Part shown: one piece after another, positions 61,748 through 64,000 of the stretch | Position numbering within the stretch: the stretch's first letter is position 1 | How the letters are laid out: each line of letters opens with the position of its first letter | Assembly (NCBI GenBank): GCA_963792785.1 | Contig: CAWBXO010000004.1 | Coordinates: forward strand, 578,278 to 642,277 | Reading direction: 5' to 3' | DNA from: an uncultured Acidobacteriota bacterium | Lineage (GTDB): Bacteria > Acidobacteriota > Vicinamibacteria > Vicinamibacterales > CAVVIG01 | DNA length: 64,000 nt | Made by a program: the position numbers and the translations under genes | Notes under the pieces: generated by a model | Database searches by the model: none | What the model was told of the DNA's origin: nothing | Seen by the model: only the letters and a program-made list of their open reading frames with translations

Positions 61748-63907
61748 GTGCTCTATCCCGCGGCGCACCCGGCCATCGCCAGCACGCTCGGTCGCATCGC
61801 CGCCCTGACCGACGCCGCGTCCATGCCGACGCCGCTGACGCTCAGCGTGCTGCCCGACGGCCTGCTGGTCGGCGGGCGCAAGCCGGCCCGGCCCGACCAG
61901 GCGCTCTACGAGCTCGCCGCGCTCCTCCATACGCACTGGATCGGCGAGATGGTGATCCAGCCCGGAGGCGACGTCGAGGCCTGGCACAGCTTCCTGCTGC
62001 TGCTCGCGCGCGCACCCGAGGCCGTGCGCCTCGACGGCGGCATCACGCGCCTCTGGACGACGATGGGCGGGCGCCACGTCGAGGTCCACGAGATCGACTA
62101 CGCCGAAGTGCTCCGCGACCACGCGGGCGGCGAGCACGCGAGCTGGGCGCGCATCATCGACAGCTGCCTCGAGGGCCGCAGCCTGCGGCTGGACAACGCG
62201 GCGGCCGCGGAGCTGCTCGCGCTGGCATCCGAACACCCCGAGCAGCTCGCCGAGCTCATTGCCTCGCTGGAGACGTCGGCACGCCGGGAAGGCGGCCTGA
62301 GCTCGTCGGCCGAGGCCGTGCTGCGGCTGCTCACCTCGCTGGCCGAGGTGGCGGCCGCGCAGGGCGACGAGCGTGTCGACGTGGTCCTCCAGAACGTAGC
62401 GGGCGCGCTGGGCCGGCTCTCGCCCGAACTGATGGCGGAGGTCCTGAGGCGGCGGCTCACGGCCGCGGGCACCGAGTCGGACGTCGTCAACCGGATCATG
62501 GAAAAGATGTCGGACGCCGACGTCGCGCGCTACGTGGCGAGCCATATCAGCGGCGACCGCAAGTCGACGGGCCGGCTGGCCGAGGTGTTCCGCACGCTCG
62601 TGCCCGAGAAGCCGCGCCAGGGCCAGGTGCTCTCGATGGCGCACGACGAGGCGTCGGGCATGGAGGTGGGCCAGCAGCCCAACTTCGAGGCCCTGTGGGG
62701 CGACGTGACGTCCATGCTCGTGTCGTACTCCGACGAGGCGTGGGTGTCGAAGGACTACGACCGCGAGCTGGCGGGCACGCGCGCGCAGGCGATGGAAGTC
62801 GAGCGCGTGTCCGACGACCCGCCCGAGCGCATGGCCACCTGGCTGGGCAGCGTCGCCTCCACGGCCGTGCGCCGCCTGGACCTGGCCGTGCTGCTCGACC
62901 TGCTGCGGATCGAAGGGGCCGACGAGGACTGGACCACGCTGCTGCCGGCGGTCGTGAACCGCGTCCAGGATCTGCTCCTCGTGGGCGACGCCGAGTCGGC
63001 GGGCCAGCTGGTGGCCGTGGTCGCGGGGTGCGCCCGGGCCGAGACGCGGGGCCCGCGCGTCGGCGCGGCGGGCGCGGCGCTCGATCAGCTCGTCGAAGGC
63101 TCGATGATGCGGCACATCGTCACCCACCTGCCGACCCTGAGCGACGAGCAGTTCGCGAGCGTGCAGGCGATCGTCACCGCGATCGGGCCGACGCTGATCG
63201 GCCCGCTGGCCGAGGCGCTCGCCTCGGAGGCGCGGACGCGCCCGCGCGAGCGCCTCACGGCGCTGCTGCTCGGGTTCGGCGCGACCGGCAAGCAGGCCGT
63301 CGAGCGGCTCCGCAGCTCGCCGAACGCCGCCGTCCGGCGGACCGCGATCTATCTGATGCGCGAGTTCGGCGGGACCGACGCCCTCCCCGACCTCACGCTG
63401 CTCCTCAAGGACTCGGAGCCGCACGTGCAGCGCGAGGCGGTGCTCGCGATCCTGACGATGGGCACCGACGAAGCGTACGGCGTCCTGCAGCAGGCGCTGG
63501 TGACGGGCACGGCGCGATCGCGCGAACTGATCATGCAGGCGCTCGCCACGGTGCGGGACGGCCGCGCGACGCCGGTCTACGCCCACATTGTCGAGCACGT
63601 CGGCTACAAGGGCGCGCTCGGCCAGGTGTACCTGCAGGCCATCGAGTCGCTCGGCGCCGCCAAGGACCCGCTGGCCGTGCCCGTCCTGAAGGAGGCGCTC
63701 TACCGGGGCGCGTGGTGGGCGCCGGTGCGGACGGCGACGATCCGCGACGCGGTGGCGCGCGCGCTCGGACGCATCGGCGGCAGCGACGCGACCGCCGCGC
63801 TGCACGACGCCGTGAGCACCGGCCCGCGCGGCGTCCGGACGGCAGCGAAGCACGGGATCGAGGAGTTCGAGGCGGCGGCACGATACGGGAGACGACGCGA
63901 TGGATGA
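61748..63907 (+). CDS. Large HEAT-repeat scaffold protein, paralog of 58102..60306; the true start is probably upstream (~61642-61700)
   Basis: 719 aa from GTG 61748. The frame is open upstream to 61646 (…DETTRVTEFARACKAAARAVVLYPAAHPAI), so the N-terminal motif helix precedes the listed start. A TTG at 61642 lies in another frame, which hints at a frameshift. C-terminal HEAT-like repeats are SPNAAVRRTAIYLMREFG and DSEPHVQREAVLAIL. Confidence 0.65.
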   Translation: MLYPAAHPAIASTLGRIAALTDAASMPTPLTLSVLPDGLLVGGRKPARPDQALYELAALLHTHWIGEMVIQPGGDVEAWHSFLLLLARAPEAVRLDGGITRLWTTMGGRHVEVHEIDYAEVLRDHAGGEHASWARIIDSCLEGRSLRLDNAAAAELLALASEHPEQLAELIASLETSARREGGLSSSAEAVLRLLTSLAEVAAAQGDERVDVVLQNVAGALGRLSPELMAEVLRRRLTAAGTESDVVNRIMEKMSDADVARYVASHISGDRKSTGRLAEVFRTLVPEKPRQGQVLSMAHDEASGMEVGQQPNFEALWGDVTSMLVSYSDEAWVSKDYDRELAGTRAQAMEVERVSDDPPERMATWLGSVASTAVRRLDLAVLLDLLRIEGADEDWTTLLPAVVNRVQDLLLVGDAESAGQLVAVVAGCARAETRGPRVGAAGAALDQLVEGSMMRHIVTHLPTLSDEQFASVQAIVTAIGPTLIGPLAEALASEARTRPRERLTALLLGFGATGKQAVERLRSSPNAAVRRTAIYLMREFGGTDALPDLTLLLKDSEPHVQREAVLAILTMGTDEAYGVLQQALVTGTARSRELIMQALATVRDGRATPVYAHIVEHVGYKGALGQVYLQAIESLGAAKDPLAVPVLKEALYRGAWWAPVRTATIRDAVARALGRIGGSDATAALHDAVSTGPRGVRTAAKHGIEEFEAAARYGRRRDG

Positions 63908-64000
63908 TCCGCGCGCCCAGCATCACGCCGACGAGCTCCTGCGACGCCTCGTGGCGGCGCTGCGCGCCACGCAGCTCTACTCGCCGGGCCATCCGATCAT
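63900..64000 (+). CDS. 5' fragment of a fourth gene with the same N-terminal motif (probably a second HD-GYP-type partner); continues beyond the window
   Basis: ATG 63900 overlaps the upstream stop (63905-63907). Translation: MDDPRAQHHADELLRRLVAALRATQLYSPGHPI. Confidence 0.5.
   Translation, partial: MDDPRAQHHADELLRRLVAALRATQLYSPGHPI

Overview
High-GC bacterial chromosomal segment, GC judged by eye and not computed. I found no rRNA, tRNA, CRISPR, transposase, integrase or phage genes. The gene content (TIGR03436-like VWFA proteins, a PadR plus duplicated-orphan-permease pair, an NHL propeller, M13 and M28 peptidases) suggests Acidobacteriota; this is an inference. Main blocks, left to right:
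- Two tandem VWFA paralogs, the second decayed.
- A PTPS-like / dehydrogenase / glycosyltransferase / methyltransferase / RibD-C operon, divergent from a CDP-alcohol phosphatidyltransferase and a sulfatase-fold membrane protein.
- PadR and an ADOP permease with paired operators.
- lipA, two metallo-beta-lactamase-fold genes, and pyruvate dehydrogenase aceE-aceF-lpdA.
- M13 peptidase, UDG, TonB and a glycerophosphodiesterase.
- A ChlI-like AAA+ / VWA / Lon-N trio.
- A Tes-like (COG1964) radical SAM gene, broken by frameshifts.
- folE, a pseudo-receiver and a PilZ protein.
- A double ABC-2 exporter operon.
- A nucleoside-salvage operon (deoA-nupC-PNP-cdd-mtnA-tsaD).
- Two tandem HEAT-scaffold plus HD-GYP modules.
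Two window-wide peculiarities stand out. First, many intergenic regions hold tandem 7-9 bp repeat arrays, often as inverted arrays forming long hairpins that abut or contain stop codons. These include two copies of a ~200-bp palindromic element around tonB. Second, frameshifts cluster in blocks: ~0.7-1.7 kb, 38.7-40.7 kb and 46.8-58.1 kb. In contrast, 8.5-29.9 kb (about 21 kb) has no gene-breaking frameshift; one possible compensated indel pair near 8455-8470 in the methyltransferase tail is not confirmed. Because tsaD (normally essential) is hit, local sequence error is more likely than real decay. Many long ORFs in the track are antisense shadow ORFs of this GC-rich DNA and are not reported.
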